Shown here: positions 18,735 through 28,578 of the stretch, one piece after another
Layout of the letters: the number at the start of each line of letters is the position of its first letter
Numbering within the stretch: position 1 is the stretch's first letter
NCBI GenBank assembly: GCA_934087065.1
Contig: CAKOIS010000005.1
Location: 2,789-66,788, forward strand
DNA length: 64,000 nt
Direction: 5' to 3'
DNA from: an uncultured Bacilli bacterium
GTDB taxonomy: Bacteria > Bacillota_I > Bacilli_A > RF39 > UBA660
Program-made: the position numbers and the translations under genes
Notes under the pieces: generated by a model
Databases searched by the model: none
The model's input: only the letters and a program-made list of their open reading frames with translations
Told to the model about the DNA's origin: nothing

Positions 18735-19625
18735 ATGTTATATATTGGAAGTCATACAAGTTATTTAAAGGATAAGGGACTATTGGGGGTAGTTAACGAA
18801 AGCATTAGTTATGGTGCTAATATCTTTATGTTTTATACAGGAAGTAACCAAAGTACACTAAGGTTTCCTATTGATAAAGAACTTACTAGAAAGGCACACG
18901 AAAAAATGCTAGAATATAAACTAGATAAAACAAAATGTATTGTACACGCTCCGTTCATAATAAATCTTGCTAATAATAGTAGTGAAGAAAAGTATGAGTT
19001 TTACATTAATTTCTTAAGACAAGAACTAAATAGGTGTATAGAACTTGATATAAGAAATATTGTTCTTCACCCGGGAAGTTATACTACTCTTGATAGAGAA
19101 ACTGGAATTAAAAATATTGCTAATGGTTTAAATATAGCACTAAAAGATATTGAGGGGGTTAACTTACTATTAGAGTTTATGAGTGGAAAAGGTACAGAAG
19201 TAGGTACAAGTATAAGTGACTTAAAAGGTATATTTGATTTATTAGATGAAGACATTAAAGAAAAAGTTTTTGTTTGCTTAGACACATGTCATATGAATGA
19301 TGCAGGTATTGATATAAGTAAGTTTGATGAGTTTTTGGATGTTTTTGATAAGACTATTGGAATTGATAAAATTAAATGCATTCATGTAAATGATAGCATG
19401 AACCCAATTGGAAGTCATAAAGATAGGCATGCTAACTTAGGCTATGGCACTATTGGATTTGAAAATTTAATAAATGTAATTTATAACAAGAGACTAGATG
19501 ATATTCCTAAAATACTTGAAACTCCTTGGATAAATAGAAATGAAAAAGATGCATATGCACCTTATAAGTATGAAATAGAAATGATTAGAAATAAAGAATT
19601 TAAAGACTATATTAATTCTAAATAA
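18735..19625 (+). CDS. nfo: endonuclease IV (AP endonuclease, xylose-isomerase-like TIM barrel)
   Basis: GGAGG SD then ATG 18735. 'IGSHTSY...HAPFIINLAN...HPGS...' are Nfo family hallmarks. Confidence 0.8.
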   Translation: MLYIGSHTSYLKDKGLLGVVNESISYGANIFMFYTGSNQSTLRFPIDKELTRKAHEKMLEYKLDKTKCIVHAPFIINLANNSSEEKYEFYINFLRQELNRCIELDIRNIVLHPGSYTTLDRETGIKNIANGLNIALKDIEGVNLLLEFMSGKGTEVGTSISDLKGIFDLLDEDIKEKVFVCLDTCHMNDAGIDISKFDEFLDVFDKTIGIDKIKCIHVNDSMNPIGSHKDRHANLGYGTIGFENLINVIYNKRLDDIPKILETPWINRNEKDAYAPYKYEIEMIRNKEFKDYINSK

Positions 19626-19866
19626 ATTTAGAGTATTTGTCTAATAGTTCATTTAGTTTAAGATACACTCTTTCACTAAATGAGCTTTTTTTACTTTCTA
19701 ACACTTCTTTAGCGTGCCCATTAAGTATGTAGTCAATATTTTCTTTAACAGTACTTACAAATATATCTGCCTCATTAGTAGTTATTTGAATTCCTTCTTT
19801 AATCCCGTACCTAATTACATCTTCACTAGTTAATTTTAAAGCGTATTGCTTTACTAAATTCTTCAA
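19618..19866 (-). CDS. hypothetical protein (82 aa)
   Basis: ORF only. Confidence 0.35.
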   Translation of the reverse strand: MKNLVKQYALKLTSEDVIRYGIKEGIQITTNEADIFVSTVKENIDYILNGHAKEVLESKKSSFSERVYLKLNELLDKYSKFI

Positions 19867-19999
19867 AATATCACCTATATAAAAGTATGTATAATTTTTA
19901 AAATTATGAGTAGAATATTAATGGTAAGGAGATATCTTTACCATAGTTAGATTATAATCGGGAGATTAATGTAGTAGTCTAACAAAAAGCTTAAGAAAA

Positions 20000-20437
20000 T
20001 CACTTCTTAAGCTTTTTTGTATACGTTTTATAGTTAGTTACAGTTTGAAATTTAAAATATCTTGATTTGATATTATCTATTTCGTTTTCATTTAAATTCC
20101 ATACTAGCACTTTGTAATTTATTTTATCATATTTATCATATAAATCATAACTTGCTAGAATATTCCCACAGATATTGTTAAATATTTCTGCTATATTGGA
20201 TTCTACAAATGGGTCAAAATATAAAACTAACCCATCACTTATATTAACTCCCACATAAGTATTATTGTATTTAAAACTAAAATAACTCGCTGTGTGGTAT
20301 TCATTAACTATAATATTATTTAAATTACTTTTTAAATAATCTATTAAATCATTAATAAATATTTCACTTTTTAAAACATTATTATCTATATAAAGATACT
20401 TATATTCTAAAGATAATTCTATTAGTTTTCTGTCCAT
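20000..20437 (-). CDS. hypothetical protein (145 aa)
   Basis: ORF followed by a bidirectional hairpin aagcttaagaa/ttcttaagctt at ~19985-20016. Confidence 0.4.
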   Translation of the reverse strand: MDRKLIELSLEYKYLYIDNNVLKSEIFINDLIDYLKSNLNNIIVNEYHTASYFSFKYNNTYVGVNISDGLVLYFDPFVESNIAEIFNNICGNILASYDLYDKYDKINYKVLVWNLNENEIDNIKSRYFKFQTVTNYKTYTKKLKK

Positions 20438-20503
20438 TTTATCACCTTATAAATTATATGAATATAAATAAAAAAAGTTCCATACGGAACCTAAATTTCT
20501 TAA

Positions 20504-20594
20504 TGGCGGAGTGAGAGAGATTTGAACTCTCGCGCCAGTTTCCCGACCTACACCCTTAGCAGGGGCGCCTCTTCAGCCTCTTGAGTATCACTCC
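20504..20594 (-). tRNA. tRNA-Ser (anticodon GCT)
   Basis: Reverse complement reads GGAGTGATACTCAAGAGGCTGAAGAGGCGCCCCTGCTAAGGGTGTAGGTCGGGAAACTGGCGCGAGAGTTCAAATCTCTCTCACTCCGCCA. 7-bp acceptor stem, anticodon loop CUGCUAA, long variable arm, T-loop TTCAAAT, encoded CCA. Followed by hairpin gttccgtatggaac + T-run. Confidence 0.85.
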
Positions 20595-20713
20595 ATAAAT
20601 TTCACTGACTACTAAATCATACCTTATTTTTTTATGATTGTCAAGAGTTTATATGAAAATTCTCTTTAAAAAAATAGGTAAATATGATATACTTTAAATC
20701 GGATGTGAAAGTT

Positions 20714-22498
20714 ATGGATAAAAGTAAAATTAGAAATTTTAGTATAATTGCTCATATAGATCATGGTAAAAGTACTTTAGCAGATAGAATACTTGATGTG
20801 TGTGGTAATGTAACTGAAAGAGAAAGAAAAGAACAACTTTTAGATAATATGGATATTGAAAGAGAAAGAGGCATCACTATTAAACTAAATGCAGTTGAAC
20901 TTAAGTATAAAGGCTACACTTTACATTTAATAGATACTCCAGGGCACGTAGACTTTAGTTATGAAGTAAGTAGAAGCTTAGCTGCTTGTGAAGGAGCAAT
21001 ACTTGTAGTGGATGCAACTCAAGGAATTGAAGCCCAAACTTTGGCTAACTTGTATTTAGCACTTGATAATGATTTAACGATTATTCCAGTTATAAATAAA
21101 ATAGATTTACCTAATGCAGACCCTGAGAAAGTAAAAGACGAACTTGTTAAAACAATAGGTTTTGAAAAAGATGAAATACTTTGTGTAAGTGGAAAAACCG
21201 GTGAAGGTGTAAAAGAGCTTATGGATGCAATTGTTAAAAGAATTCCATCACCAAAAGGCACTGACGATAAATTAAGAGCTTTAATATTTGATTCATACTT
21301 TGATAGTTACAAAGGCATAGTTGCCTTAATAAGAGTAGTGGATGGAACTGTTAAATTAAAAGATAAAATTAAAATGATTAGTACAGGTGCCGTGTATGAA
21401 GTAACATCTTTAGGTAAAACAACTCCAAAAGACAGCCCAAGAGATAGTTTAAGTTGCGGAGAAGTTGGATATATTACAGCGAGTATTAAGAGTATAGAAG
21501 ACGTAAGAGTAGGAGACACTATTATACATGAAGGCGATGAGTTAGAAGCTTTACCTGGTTATAAGCCTATGAAACCAATGGTATTTAGTGGAATATTTCC
21601 AATAGATAGTAGTAAATATAATAACTTAAAAGAAGCTTTAATGAAACTAAAACTAAATGATGCAGCACTTACTTTTGAACCTGAAAAATCTGATGCTTTG
21701 GGGTTCGGTTTTAGATGCGGTTTTCTAGGACTTTTGCACATGGAAATCGTAGAAGAGAGAATTGAAAGAGAATTTAATATAGAATTAATTGCAACAAGTC
21801 CAAGCGTAATTTATGAAGTAGAGTTAACAAATGGTGAAACACTTAATATTGATAGTCCAAGTAAAATGCCTGAACAAAGTAAGATCAAATGTGTTAAAGA
21901 ACCTTTTGTTAAAACAGATATATTTGTACCAAATGAGTATGTTGGTTCAGTAATGGAGTTATGTCAAGACAAAAGAGGTATTTATAAAAGTGTTAATTAT
22001 ATAGACGAAAAAAGAGTAGATGTAATATATGAACTTCCTTTATCAGAAATTGTATATGACTTCTTTAATAAGTTAAAAAGTTTTACTAAAGGTTATGCTT
22101 CATTTGATTATGAGTTTATAGGTAATAGGGAGAGCAAACTTGTTAAGTTAGATATTCTATTGAATGGAGTTGTAGTGGATGCATTAAGTGTAATCGTGCA
22201 CAAGGATGACGCTTATAACCGTGGTAAGACTGTTGTTGAAAATTTAAAGAAAATTATTCCAAGACAGATGTTTAGTGTTCCCATTCAGGCTAGTATTGGT
22301 ACGAGAGTAATTGCAAGGGAAACTATAAGCGCAATGAAAAAAGATGTACTAGCTAAATGTTATGGGGGAGACGTAAGTAGAAAAAGAAAACTACTTGAAA
22401 AGCAAAAAGAAGGTAAAAAACGTATGAAACAAGTTGGTAGTGTTGAAGTACCACAAGAAGCATTTTTAAGCGTTTTAAGTGTTGATAAGAAAGAATAA
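20714..22498 (+). CDS. lepA: elongation factor 4 (LepA)
   Basis: '[18 protein letters not shown]', 'DTPGHVDF', 'NKIDL' GTPase motifs and LepA C-terminal domain. Confidence 0.9.
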   Translation: MDKSKIRNFSIIAHIDHGKSTLADRILDVCGNVTERERKEQLLDNMDIERERGITIKLNAVELKYKGYTLHLIDTPGHVDFSYEVSRSLAACEGAILVVDATQGIEAQTLANLYLALDNDLTIIPVINKIDLPNADPEKVKDELVKTIGFEKDEILCVSGKTGEGVKELMDAIVKRIPSPKGTDDKLRALIFDSYFDSYKGIVALIRVVDGTVKLKDKIKMISTGAVYEVTSLGKTTPKDSPRDSLSCGEVGYITASIKSIEDVRVGDTIIHEGDELEALPGYKPMKPMVFSGIFPIDSSKYNNLKEALMKLKLNDAALTFEPEKSDALGFGFRCGFLGLLHMEIVEERIEREFNIELIATSPSVIYEVELTNGETLNIDSPSKMPEQSKIKCVKEPFVKTDIFVPNEYVGSVMELCQDKRGIYKSVNYIDEKRVDVIYELPLSEIVYDFFNKLKSFTKGYASFDYEFIGNRESKLVKLDILLNGVVVDALSVIVHKDDAYNRGKTVVENLKKIIPRQMFSVPIQASIGTRVIARETISAMKKDVLAKCYGGDVSRKRKLLEKQKEGKKRMKQVGSVEVPQEAFLSVLSVDKKE

Positions 22499-22695
22499 GA
22501 CTAGTTTTTATTCTTTTTTTTATGGAATTTTTTTTAACAGATTTTAAAAAATGATAACAATTAATATCTGAAATTGTATTTAATTTATTACAATTGTAGT
22601 TAATAAGGTTCAAAAATGTATAACAATTTTTAAAATCTGTAAATTTGACAGTACTTTTAATATATGATAAATTTAGGAAGAAAGGAGAAGATAGA

Positions 22696-23256
22696 ATGAC
22701 TAGTTATATCATGGAAAAGTCTTTGGCTGATAGAATAGATGATGTTCTAAAAAACATATATGAAAGAAATCCTGTGAGATTAAAAAATAACACGCCAGAT
22801 GTATTAGTTGATAATGGAGTGAAAAATTTACCGATGTATGAAAATCCATCTCACGTAAGAAAAAATATTTTGACAGAACAAGAAGCTAGAAATTTAGGAA
22901 TTACAGTAAATTCAAGAGATCATTATCATGGCTTAGGAAAAGATTTATATATAAAAATAATTATAGCTTTAGATGATCCGAGAGTAATATTTAAAAATAA
23001 AAACGAAAAAGATTATTTAATTCTAACAACAATTAAGGACAAAAACAAAAATAATGTGCTAGTACCAATAGAAATAGAAACAGGCACAACTGTCAATAAA
23101 ATCACAATTGAAATAAATAGAATTAAAAGTGTGTATGGATATAATATAAAAAAACCAAACCTTAACAGTTTTATAAAATATAATATTAAAAATGGAATTT
23201 TTAAAAAGATATATGAAAAAAAAGAACTAAGTACGGGCAATAGCAACCGCAGTTAG
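22696..23256 (+). CDS. hypothetical protein (186 aa)
   Basis: AAAGGAG SD then ATG 22696. Preceded by candidate promoter TTGACA-17/18-(A)TAAAT and a tacaattgta palindrome at ~22580-22680. Confidence 0.45.
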   Translation: MTSYIMEKSLADRIDDVLKNIYERNPVRLKNNTPDVLVDNGVKNLPMYENPSHVRKNILTEQEARNLGITVNSRDHYHGLGKDLYIKIIIALDDPRVIFKNKNEKDYLILTTIKDKNKNNVLVPIEIETGTTVNKITIEINRIKSVYGYNIKKPNLNSFIKYNIKNGIFKKIYEKKELSTGNSNRS

Positions 23257-23398
23257 TCCTTCTGATAGATAATTTATCACTTTATAACGCTAATGTCAAC
23301 AAAAAAAATGAAATACTGAATGCAAATGTGAAAATTTAGTTGTTTGAAATCAGTAATGATAATGTATAAATTTATTACGAAAGGAAAGGAGAGAATAA

Positions 23399-24349
23399 AT
23401 GAATTACTATAATGAAATAAAAAATATTTTAATAGATAATGCAATTGGAAGAAAGGTAAGAGAATATAAAAGTAATCAAAAAGACTTAGAAAGTTACTAT
23501 AACGTGGGAAAACTTTTGGTTGAAGCACAAGGTGGAGAAGAAAGGGCTAAGTATGGAGATGGTTTGATTAAAGAATATTCTAAGAGACTTACTAGTGAAC
23601 TTGGTAAGGGTTATTCTGCAAGGTCTTTAGCAAATATGAGGTCATATTACTTGTTAACACAAAAATTGCAGCCATTGGCTGCAAAATTTAGTGCTTCAAA
23701 TATAACGTGGTCAAACTTATGCGAAATATTAAATTTAAAGGATATAAACAAAATAAAGTATTACTTAAATTTATCTGGGAGATACAATTTAACAAAAAGA
23801 GAATTGAAAAATAAAATTAAATCAAAAGAGTATGAAAGACTTGATAGTAAAATTAAAGAAAAATTAGTAAAACAGGAAGAAGTTCCAGTAAAAGATAAAA
23901 TACCAGACCCGATAGTATTGGAAGGTTTAGAATATAAAGAAAGACTTACTGAAAAGATGGTACAGAAATGGATAGACGAAAACCCAGCTTCATTTTGTAA
24001 GTCATTGGGTGAAGGTTATTCTTATATAGAAAGCCAATATAAAATTAAAATAGGTTCAAATTATAACTATATAGATATATTACTATTTAATTACATATCT
24101 AATTCATTTGTAGTAGTAGAGATAAAAGCAACAGAACTCAAGAAAGAACATATAGGACAAATAGAAACTTACATGAATTACGTTGATGTTAATCTAAAGA
24201 AAGACTTTCACAATAAGACAACAGGGATACTTTTAGTTAGAGAAAATAATAAATGGCTAATAAAATACATAAATAATGATGGAATATTAGTAAGAAACTA
24301 CATAACAAGTGACGAGCAAGTTAGTGAATGTTTAGGAGGTTTAAAATGA
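23399..24349 (+). CDS. YhcG/DUF1016-family protein with C-terminal PD-(D/E)XK nuclease-like core
   Basis: 316 aa. N-terminal 'NYYNEIKNIL...YYNVGKLLVE' domain. C-terminal 'FVVVEIKATELKKEHIGQIETYM' E-x-K motif. Confidence 0.6.
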   Translation: MNYYNEIKNILIDNAIGRKVREYKSNQKDLESYYNVGKLLVEAQGGEERAKYGDGLIKEYSKRLTSELGKGYSARSLANMRSYYLLTQKLQPLAAKFSASNITWSNLCEILNLKDINKIKYYLNLSGRYNLTKRELKNKIKSKEYERLDSKIKEKLVKQEEVPVKDKIPDPIVLEGLEYKERLTEKMVQKWIDENPASFCKSLGEGYSYIESQYKIKIGSNYNYIDILLFNYISNSFVVVEIKATELKKEHIGQIETYMNYVDVNLKKDFHNKTTGILLVRENNKWLIKYINNDGILVRNYITSDEQVSECLGGLK

Positions 24350-24903
24350 ATTATTACAATGAAATAAAGAATATACTAGTAGATAATGCAATTGAAAGAA
24401 AAGTAAGAGAATACAAAAGTAATCAAAAAGACTTAGAAAGTTACTATAACGTGGGAAAACTTTTAGTAGAAGCACAGGGTGGAGAAGAAAGAGCAAAGTA
24501 TGGAGATGGACTTATTAAAGAGTATTCTAAGAGACTTACAACTGAACTTGGAAATGGATATTCAACCAGAAATCTAAAATATATGAGAAATTTTTACATT
24601 GTTTGCCAAAAACGGCAATCACTGATTGCCGAATTCAAGTTTCACAATATTTCTTGGACATGTATTACAAAATTGTTGAAATTAGACGATATTAATGCAA
24701 TATTCTATTATGTTAAATGTATTGGTAAAATGAATTTAACTACAAGAGAGTTAGATTTAAAATTAAAATCAAAAGAATATGAAAGACTTGATAGTAAAAT
24801 TAAAGAAAAATTAGTGAAACAGGAAGAAGTTTCAATAAAAGATAAAATACCAGACCCGATAGTATTGGAAGGTTTAGAATATAAAGAAAGACTTTCACAA
24901 TAA
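24346..24903 (+). pseudogene. truncated tandem duplicate of the YhcG/DUF1016 gene (260-bp internal deletion, frameshift)
   Basis: Starts on the ATGA overlap with copy 1's stop. 5' 160 nt and 3' tail nearly identical to copy 1; middle diverged. Deletion junction at direct repeat aaagaaagactt (23936-23947 vs 24196-24207) causes an immediate stop (KERLSQ*). 24904-25032 is the noncoding remnant of the copy-1 3' end. Confidence 0.6.
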
Positions 24904-25032
24904 GACAACAGGGATACTTTTAGTTAGAGAAAACAACAAATGGCTAATAAAATACATAAATAATGATGGGATATTAGTAAGAAACTACATAACAAGTGAC
25001 GAGCAAGTTAGTGAATATTCAGGAGGGTTAAA

Positions 25033-25197
25033 ATGAATTATTATATTATAATGAAAGAATGGTTTATTAGATTTATAGAAGAGCAAAGAAAAGGATACTT
25101 TATAAGAATATTAAAATATTTAATTATCCAAAACTTGCAGTCAATAGCTTTCAAATTCAAAAGCTTTAATTATATATTACAAATTGTAACGAGTTAG
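25033..25197 (+). pseudogene. third, further-degraded fragment of the same gene start (MNYY...)
   Basis: Begins with the same 'ggagg(g/t)ttaaaATGAATTATTA' junction; rest diverged. Confidence 0.35.
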
Positions 25198-25290
25198 TAA
25201 AAGATTTATTTAAAATGTAGTAAAATCTCAACTTTTAGCATTAAAACTACAAAAAAACACAACTTTATCATAATTCTCTTAAAAAGACAC

Positions 25291-25319
25291 TTGAAAAAAC
25301 AAGCATTTTGTGATATTAT
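25291..25319 (+). promoter_or_regulatory. promoter TTGAAA-17-TGaTATTAT upstream of rplK-rplA
   Basis: ~115-nt leader follows, possibly the L1-binding autoregulatory leader. Confidence 0.45.
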
Positions 25320-25433
25320 TTACCTTGAGTTATATATTTATTATGTAACTAAAGAAGTGGAAGAGTTTTGGATTACTTGTGGACCACTCGCGAAAATTAA
25401 CTAGAATATTAAATTTTATAGGAGGTGTTTTTC

Positions 25434-26030
25434 GTGGCAAAGAAAGTTACTAAAGTTGTAAAAATTCAAATTCCTGCTGGAAAGGCTACACCAGCTCCAC
25501 CAGTTGGTACAATATTTGGACCTCTAGGAATTAACTTACAAGAATTTTGTACAAGATACAACGACGCAACTAGAGACAAAATGGGAGATATAATTCCATG
25601 TGAAGTTAGTGTTTACGAAGACAGAAGTTTTGACTTCGTATTAAAGACACCACCTGCTGCTAGTTTACTTTTAAAAGTTGCTGGTATTCAAAAGGGTGGA
25701 GTTAAAGGCGCTAATGATATAGTTGCTACAATTACAAAAGATCAGTTAAAACAAGTTGCTGAAATTAAGTTACCTGACTTAAATACAAATGATATTGAAC
25801 AAGCTATGAAAATAGTTGCAGGTACTGCTAGAAACATGGGTATTGCTGTTAAAGGACTTAATGATGTAGAACTTGAAGAACAAGCTGAAGAAGCAAAAGA
25901 AGCTGAAGCTGAAATGGCTAAATTAGATGCTGAATTTGCTGAAATGGAAGCTGAAGCTAAAGCTAATGCTGATGCTGAAGTTCCAGAAGTAGAAAGTACT
26001 GAACAAAAAGCTGAAAGCGTAGAAGAATAA
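25434..26030 (+). CDS. rplK: 50S ribosomal protein L11 with ~60-aa Ala/Glu-rich acidic C-terminal extension
   Basis: GGAGGTG SD then GTG 25434 (MAKKVTKVVKIQIPAGKATPAPPVG...). Canonical L11 ends about 'GIAVKG'. ORF continues 'LNDVELEEQAEEAKEAEAEMAKLDAEFAEMEAEAKANADAEVPEVESTEQKAESVEE'. Confidence 0.8.
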   Translation: MAKKVTKVVKIQIPAGKATPAPPVGTIFGPLGINLQEFCTRYNDATRDKMGDIIPCEVSVYEDRSFDFVLKTPPAASLLLKVAGIQKGGVKGANDIVATITKDQLKQVAEIKLPDLNTNDIEQAMKIVAGTARNMGIAVKGLNDVELEEQAEEAKEAEAEMAKLDAEFAEMEAEAKANADAEVPEVESTEQKAESVEE

Positions 26031-26092
26031 TAAGTAATAAAAAAAGTCGAGTAAGATAAATAATCCAAATACCACATAAAGGAGGTAAAATT

Positions 26093-26785
26093 ATGAAACG
26101 TCGTGGACGCTTATATGTGGAAGCTTCAAAGAGTGTAGACAAAAATAAATTATACACACCAGAAGAAGCGGTTAAATTAGTTAAATCTCTTTCTAAAAGA
26201 AAATTTGATGAAACAGTAGAAGTTGCTATGAATTTAAACGTTGATACTACTAAAAGTGATCAACAAGTAAGAAGTTCATTCACACTTCCAAATGGTACTG
26301 GTAAAACTAAAAGAGTTTTAGTTGTAACTAAGACTAAAGCTGAAGAAGCTAAAAATGCTGGTGCCGACTTCGTTGGAGACGACGACATCATTGAAAAAAT
26401 AGTTAAAGAGAACTGGTTTGATTTTGATGTAATGGTTGCAACACCTGAAATGATGGTTAGTTTAGGTAAAATTGGTAAAATTTTAGGACCTAAAGGTTTA
26501 ATGCCAAACCCTAAAACTGGAACTGTTACTACAAACGTAAGTGATGCAATTGCTAACATTAGAAAAGGTATGGTAGAATACAGAGCTGATTCTAATGGTA
26601 ACGTACACGCACTTGTTGGTAAAGTTAGTTTTGATGAAGATAAATTAACTGAAAACCTAGTTGCTTTTATTAATGAAGTAATTAAAAATAAGCCTACAGG
26701 TGTTAAAGGTTCATTCGTTAAGAATATAAGTATTTCTTCAACAATGGGTCCTGGAGTTAAAATTGACACAAATTTATTTAAATAG
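26093..26785 (+). CDS. rplA: 50S ribosomal protein L1
   Basis: 230 aa, AAAGGAGG SD, typical L1 sequence. Confidence 0.9.
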   Translation: MKRRGRLYVEASKSVDKNKLYTPEEAVKLVKSLSKRKFDETVEVAMNLNVDTTKSDQQVRSSFTLPNGTGKTKRVLVVTKTKAEEAKNAGADFVGDDDIIEKIVKENWFDFDVMVATPEMMVSLGKIGKILGPKGLMPNPKTGTVTTNVSDAIANIRKGMVEYRADSNGNVHALVGKVSFDEDKLTENLVAFINEVIKNKPTGVKGSFVKNISISSTMGPGVKIDTNLFK

Positions 26786-26935
26786 TATTTACAAAATTAA
26801 CTTTTTGTAGTAAAATACTATTCATGAGTTCGCCGTAGACCGTAGGTATACAAATAAATCCTACCGAGGAAGACTAATCTTTTAAGAAGTTTTCCTTGTG
26901 CGGAAAACTTTTATTAATATTATAAGGAGGAAAAA
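26786..26935 (+). promoter_or_regulatory. rplJ (L10) leader with stem-loops / attenuator
   Basis: 150-nt untranslated region between rplA and rplJ. Hairpins cgccgtagaccgtagg...cctaccgagg and gaagttttcc/ggaaaactt + TTTT. Matches position of the known L10 leader. Confidence 0.45.
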
Positions 26936-27439
26936 ATGGCAAGCGAAAAAAATCTAAAAGTTAAAAAAGACCTCGTAAGTGAAATCAATTCTAAGTTAGA
27001 TACTGCTAGTACAGTTCTACTAGTAGACTATCAAGGAATGAGTGTGCTTGAACTTAATAATCTTAGACAAAGTTTAAAAAGTACTGGCAGTGATTTAAAA
27101 GTATACAAAAATACTTTAGCTAGTATAGCTTTTAAAGAAAAAGACATTAAGTTAGATGACTACATGACTGGACCTAACGCTTACATCTTTAGTAAAGATA
27201 TCATCGAGCCTATTAAAATAGTTAGCGAAGCTGCTAAGAAAAATGAAAACTTAACAATTAAAGCTGGTTATATTAATGGTGAATTTGCTGATACAAAAAC
27301 TATTGGTGAATATGCAAGTATTCCAAGTTATGAAGGACTTCTTACAATGTTTGCTGGTGGCTTAATTGAACACGTAAGAAATTTAAGTATTGCACTTAAC
27401 TTATATGCCGAAAAATTAGAGAATGGAGGAAATGAATAA
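26936..27439 (+). CDS. rplJ: 50S ribosomal protein L10
   Basis: 167 aa, AAGGAGG SD. Confidence 0.9.
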   Translation: MASEKNLKVKKDLVSEINSKLDTASTVLLVDYQGMSVLELNNLRQSLKSTGSDLKVYKNTLASIAFKEKDIKLDDYMTGPNAYIFSKDIIEPIKIVSEAAKKNENLTIKAGYINGEFADTKTIGEYASIPSYEGLLTMFAGGLIEHVRNLSIALNLYAEKLENGGNE

Positions 27440-27807
27440 TGGCAAAAATTGAAAACAAAGATATTATCGAAGCAATTAAAGAAAAAACTATTCTTGAAGT
27501 TAAAGAATTAGTTGATATGATGAAAGAAGAATTTGGAGTAGACCCAAGTGCTGTTGCTGTAGCTGCTCAACCTACTGCAAGTGCTGAAGACGAAGGAGAT
27601 GTAACTAAGACTGTAGTTCTAGCTAATGCTGGAGGACAAAAGTTACAAGTAATCAAACTAGTTAGAGAAATCACTGGTTTAGGATTAAAAGAAGCTAAAG
27701 ACTTAGCTGATAATGGTGGTAATATCAAAGAAAACGTTTCTATGGATGAAGCTAATGATTTAAAAGCTAAATTTGAAGAAGTTGGCGCTACTATAGAATT
27801 AAAGTAA
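27439..27807 (+). CDS. rplL: 50S ribosomal protein L7/L12
   Basis: 122 aa; start overlaps rplJ stop (TAATG). Ala-rich hinge, conserved C-terminal domain. Confidence 0.9.
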   Translation: MAKIENKDIIEAIKEKTILEVKELVDMMKEEFGVDPSAVAVAAQPTASAEDEGDVTKTVVLANAGGQKLQVIKLVREITGLGLKEAKDLADNGGNIKENVSMDEANDLKAKFEEVGATIELK

Positions 27808-27821
27808 GCAAAAAAATTACG

Positions 27822-27847
27822 GCCTTTACTATTAGAAAGGCTTTTTT
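27822..27847 (+). terminator. rho-independent terminator after rplL
   Basis: gccttt/aaaggc stem then T6. Confidence 0.55.
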
Positions 27848-27871
27848 GCGTTAATAAGAAGGGAGTATTTT

Positions 27872-28462
27872 ATGGAACATTATTTTACAAATAACGAAAA
27901 CTTAAAAAGTGAATTTAGGAGTGTGAAGTATGTCTATAAAGATACTCCTTTTGTATTTACTAGTGATTTAGGAGTATTTTCTAAAGACAAAGTTGACTAT
28001 GGAAGTAAAGTGTTACTAGAAAAAGTTTTACAAATAGAAAGTACTGGTAAAAAAATACTAGATGTTGGATGTGGTTATGGTTTTATCGGAATAGTTTTGT
28101 CTAAAATATTAGACAGTACAGTAGATATGGTAGACGTTAACAAAAGAGCTTTACATTTAACACAAATGAATATAAAAAATATGAAAGTAAATGCTAAATG
28201 TTTTACATCAGACGCTTACAAATCTGTTACAGAAAAGTACGATATAATCATAACAAACCCACCAATCAGGGCAGGCAAAGACAAAGTTTTAGAAATACTT
28301 TTGGGTGCAAAAGAACATTTAAATATAGATGGTACACTTTACTACGTAATAAGAAAAGACCAAGGTGCTAAAAGTATAACTAAGGTGTTAAGTGAAACAT
28401 ATAAAATAGAACTATTAGAAAAAAATAAAGGTTTCTATATTTATAGTGCAAAAAAACTTTAA
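27872..28462 (+). CDS. ybxB: class I SAM-dependent methyltransferase (YbxB/RsmC-like 'MTS' small domain)
   Basis: 'VLDVGCGYGFIG' motif I and 'ITNPPI' motif IV. Located between rplL and rpoB as in Bacillus. Confidence 0.65.
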   Translation: MEHYFTNNENLKSEFRSVKYVYKDTPFVFTSDLGVFSKDKVDYGSKVLLEKVLQIESTGKKILDVGCGYGFIGIVLSKILDSTVDMVDVNKRALHLTQMNIKNMKVNAKCFTSDAYKSVTEKYDIIITNPPIRAGKDKVLEILLGAKEHLNIDGTLYYVIRKDQGAKSITKVLSETYKIELLEKNKGFYIYSAKKL

Positions 28463-28480
28463 GAAATTAACTTTAGATAG

Positions 28481-28509
28481 TTGACTTCTTTACAAAAATC
28501 AAGTAAAAT
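28481..28509 (+). promoter_or_regulatory. promoter TTGACT-17-TAAAAT for rpoBC
   Basis: Sequence match to consensus. Confidence 0.5.
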
Positions 28510-28578
28510 TATATATTGCGATACATGTAGTTTCTTGACTCTATGTGTTTTAAATCTAAGGGATTGGGGTGACTAATT

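Noticed and set aside
22499-25433. Prophage or integrative element between lepA and rplK
   Set aside because: No integrase, transposase, att-like direct repeats or phage structural genes are present. The block is only a hypothetical gene plus decaying YhcG duplicates.
25200-25433. L11/L1 autoregulatory leader upstream of rplK
   Set aside because: A ~115-nt leader exists after a good promoter, but I could not confidently recognise the L1-binding 23S-mimic motif by eye. It is mentioned only within the promoter feature.
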